Source of the DNA: Takakia lepidozioides
Lineage: Eukaryota > Plantae > Bryophyta
Length of the DNA stretch: 64,000 bases
Assembly (NCBI GenBank): GCA_030704615.1
Contig: CM060731.1
Location: 76,818,001-76,882,000, forward strand
Direction: 5' to 3'
Positions 60,815-64,000 of this stretch are shown piece after piece. Under the pieces are notes generated by a model. It was not told the origin of the DNA, did no database searches, and saw only the letters and a program-made list of their open reading frames with translations. A program made the position numbers and the translations under genes. Positions within the stretch are counted from its first letter, which is position 1, and each line of letters begins with the position of its first letter.

Positions 60815-62512
60815 TCAATGCATATAGCAGAGCTCTGACAAATGTTCGGAGTCAAGATGTCCCAGCCTGAAGGGGCACTTGATCTGTTCCCAGGAAACTT
60901 TGCCCGCATCGCAATCTAGCGTCCCTCGCCAGAGCGTTCGCAATCTGTAGTCGCCTTGCGATGCCAGTGTATACACATGGGGTGGCTTTCCTTGAATGTC
61001 CACTGCAATAAGGTCATGGATTTCGCAAATCGGTGTGCGGCACCCGTGTTCCAGATATGGAGGAAGCGCAGGTTCTTGGGAATTACAGTCCACCTGCATG
61101 CAGCCAGTACAAAATTCGTTCTGAGATATCTTTCAGCATCTGGGCAATGATCAACAGTTAGAGATCTGCCCATCTCTCATGTCCAGAAAGTTTTTTACCT
61201 CACCTGCAGCTTTCCATCGAACACAGTGGAGACTTGAGAAGACACATCGTACGTAATGAGAGTGCCGTCAACCATATCATACAGCAAGCGCCCAGATACC
61301 GCCGTGCAGCACTTACTAAAGTCAAATTCAGTGCTGCTCCAGCTTCCAGTGATCACATCATAAACTCTTGCTGAGTTCACATCAGGTTCAAATACAACTT
61401 CGGGATCCAGAATATCATAACCGTATGCATAAATCTGGTTCTCCAACGCTAGTATACCGTCGCAGAAGAACTGAAAGTCAAGCATTTCCGGCAGGCGCTG
61501 CCAATAATTCTCGCCTACATCGTAAACCTCAGCAGGGCAAGTGCCTCCCACCACATAAATCCTCCCACCAAGAGCAGCACATTTCAGGAAAGCCCTTGAG
61601 AAATGCATGCTCGCGCATTTCTCCCACCACCAGAGTCCCTGTCCCCACACCGGCAATTAAGTCTTGGAGACAGAAAGATTCTAGTTAGAAAGAAAATTCC
61701 TACGAAGAAGCTCTGATGCCCTCATTTGTCAGAGACGAGATCTTCTGTACTAATTCAGACTTCACGGATGTAAACGCTCCTAACAGACTGGTGCTGAAAT
61801 GCCAATCTAATCTTGTGTTGATATTTTGAGTTTGAAGCATTTTGACAGGATGAAATCTATGTACATGAAAGGAGATCACAGAACTCGATGACCCATTTTT
61901 CGGGATACTCAAAGCAGTCCGTGATGCTTATAGGGCTGTGAGCTTGCGGAGTTTGAGAATTAGGCGAAGGGAGCATCCTACCATCCCAAGGTTCAGCATA
62001 TGCATGTCGCTGCTCTCTTTCTCTTTGGTGCTGTCAGGTACACCCCCCATCACAAAGAGCTTTCCATCTATGCAGATGAAGCTGCAGCGAGAGGGAATCC
62101 CAGATGGGCAGGACGGAATTGGGGGCAACCGATGCCATGTACCACCTTTGGGGTCGTACATAGCAATTGTGTACGTTCTTAGAAGAAAAATGTCAGAAGA
62201 TTCATCATCAGAGTCCTCAGAAGAGAGGGGTGCGCTAGGCAATCTGTCAGCAAATTGTTCTTCTTGATTCAAAGATGCCTTGTCAAGCAACTCATGGACA
62301 AGTAAGAGACCGGCTGGATGGGCTACTTGAGGACTACAAGAGCTATGGAAGGGGGGATTTTGAAGAACTTCTCGCCAGCCCTTCGAGACTGCAAGCATAC
62401 GGGGTCGTGTGTACCACGGCAGCCTTCGTACCACGAAGTGTATAACAACGGCATCGGGGAGGCCTGGAAGAAGCTCTTGCTCTGCAACAAAAGCTTCTAT
62501 GTTGAATCCCAT
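60815..62512 (-). CDS. F-box/kelch-repeat protein, 3 exons (62512-61982, 61638-61204, 61093-60815), 414 aa
   Basis: LLPGLPD..RLPW..VSKGW F-box; kelch motifs YDP..W..LPP, GKLFVMGG, GRIYVVGG; two phase-0 GT-AG introns give an open frame. Confidence 0.88.
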
Positions 62513-64000
62513 CACTGGAGAATTTAACAAAGTGAGGGTGGCTAAGGTTTACAATATCTTGGTCGCCCTACCCGACATTGACAACCACACTTGGAAGTGA
62601 AGATAACATACGCATTCAGAACGGGGGTGGAGGCGATACGAGAACACTAAGAGAGGTGAGAGCGAGCCGGGGTGAAAAAACTAATTTGCCTACTTGGGTT
62701 GAGAGAAATTAAGTAAAGAACGCCTATGATTTTGAAGCACTGATCAGCACAAAAAACACAGATCCTTAGTGCAGTAGGGAGGTGGAAACGAGGAATTTAT
62801 CTCGGCAAAAGACAGGGAAATGAATGACAAGATGACATCTTGAAAGTGAGTGAAAATCCCCTCTAGTCTAGATCGTGTGGCACCCTTCTGGTTCTCTACA
62901 GGTGCTATTGGGACCTTTCAACTCTACGTAATTCTGTGCGTACAGGGACCTGTATCGTACTTGGTTTGTGGCACGAAGCTCGTTGGTTTTCTATGGGGAT
63001 GTGCATATACCTAGAGATAATGGCGAGAGGTTTTCGCAGATGTCCAGTGCATTTGGGGTTATCCCGTCCAGTACGTTCAGCGCAAAGTGAACGTCCCATA
63101 CACACCGTATCTGGAGTGGAAGTGAAGAGGTGCAACCTTTCGAGTGTGGCTGTGTTGCAGTATTTTGGGACGATTGGATGGCGAGCTTGAGATCAACCAA
63201 GAGTACATGACTGAAAGGAAGCTCAAATGTTAGAAATTGGTTATCCACATCGGTATTACAGTGAATCGTTAGCAACTGACTTCAGCAGCAACTTCGGCTT
63301 GACAAGCTGTAAACCTCTCTCGCTTCCGTGCCGCATAGAGACTCAATTGTAGACCTTGCTGGACACCATAAACAGCAGTTTTCACTTGCGATGCTGCAGC
63401 AGGCATCCATGTCAAGGTTTTATAGCTCTACATGCCTCGTCTCCAGAGAGACAGTCACGATCCTTTCGAAGGCAATACAGAAAGTTCGCATTACTTGAAG
63501 TTGCTAAGTTTAGAAATTCCCGCTTACAATTTTTATGAGGGAACCGGGCACCTGCAGCCATAAAGATTTCTTTTTGGTCCACTGGTCCAGGCTTGCAACG
63601 AGGATCACCGGAGTGACTCACTAGGAGCCAGAATGCGCCCAAGGGGTCTGTTCCTGTCTCTCTCTCTAGCGTCTGAGTGAGGACGATGAAACTTAGGCAT
63701 AAACTGGAATCAAACCCGACATTGAATACTGAAATGGCAGCCAAATCTGAAGATTGTTCTACCATCTACATCTACGCAAACAAACAAACAAACAAACAGA
63801 CCGACAGAGCAGGGACGATAAATGGCGACCAGGCTTAGACCTCGTATGATATGAACGGTCCGCTATGGAAAACGGCTGTGGATTGGTGTGTTGCTCTTCC
63901 TCACTTGATTCGTATGATCCGCGTATAATGGAAGATAGGAGGGCTGGGGATTGAGGTCTTTCAGATTAAAGAGCAAGGAACCCGCATATGCGAGTCTCTC

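Overview
Nuclear genomic DNA of a land plant, most likely a non-seed plant. This is inferred from the short GT-AG introns, intronless PLS-DYW PPR editing factors, and Tcn1-like and Galadriel-like chromoviruses. Apparently intact genes: the 3' exons of uroporphyrinogen decarboxylase, two PPR-DYW genes (1726-4308 minus, 45596-48121 plus), an F-box gene (50367-51494) and a 3-exon F-box/kelch gene (60815-62512). A ~4-kb cassette (PPR 5' end, DYW relic, chorismate-synthase relic, F-box) was duplicated in tandem (3901-7934, 7939-33905, partial 33910-35545) and once inverted (~49789-53325). The second copy grew to ~26 kb through stacked insertions: an RTEX-like LINE, a tyrosine-recombinase DNA element, an LTR-like relic, and a self-priming chromovirus with a second chromovirus nested in it. 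Decayed intron-containing genes (HMA5-like ATPase, ZFWD, STR8 rhodanese, chorismate synthase) fill much of the rest. Top finding: a 3.6-kb Crypton-like (DUF3504-type tyrosine recombinase) element at 12983-16610 with imperfect TIRs, an intron and a TA duplication; removing it restores the reading frame of the interrupted PPR copy. Also notable: a 32-bp fold-back in an F-box pseudogene that matches the neighbouring intact F-box gene (proto-MIRNA candidate), and a self-primer signature in the outer retrotransposon. All assignments come from motif recognition by eye; no database searches were run.
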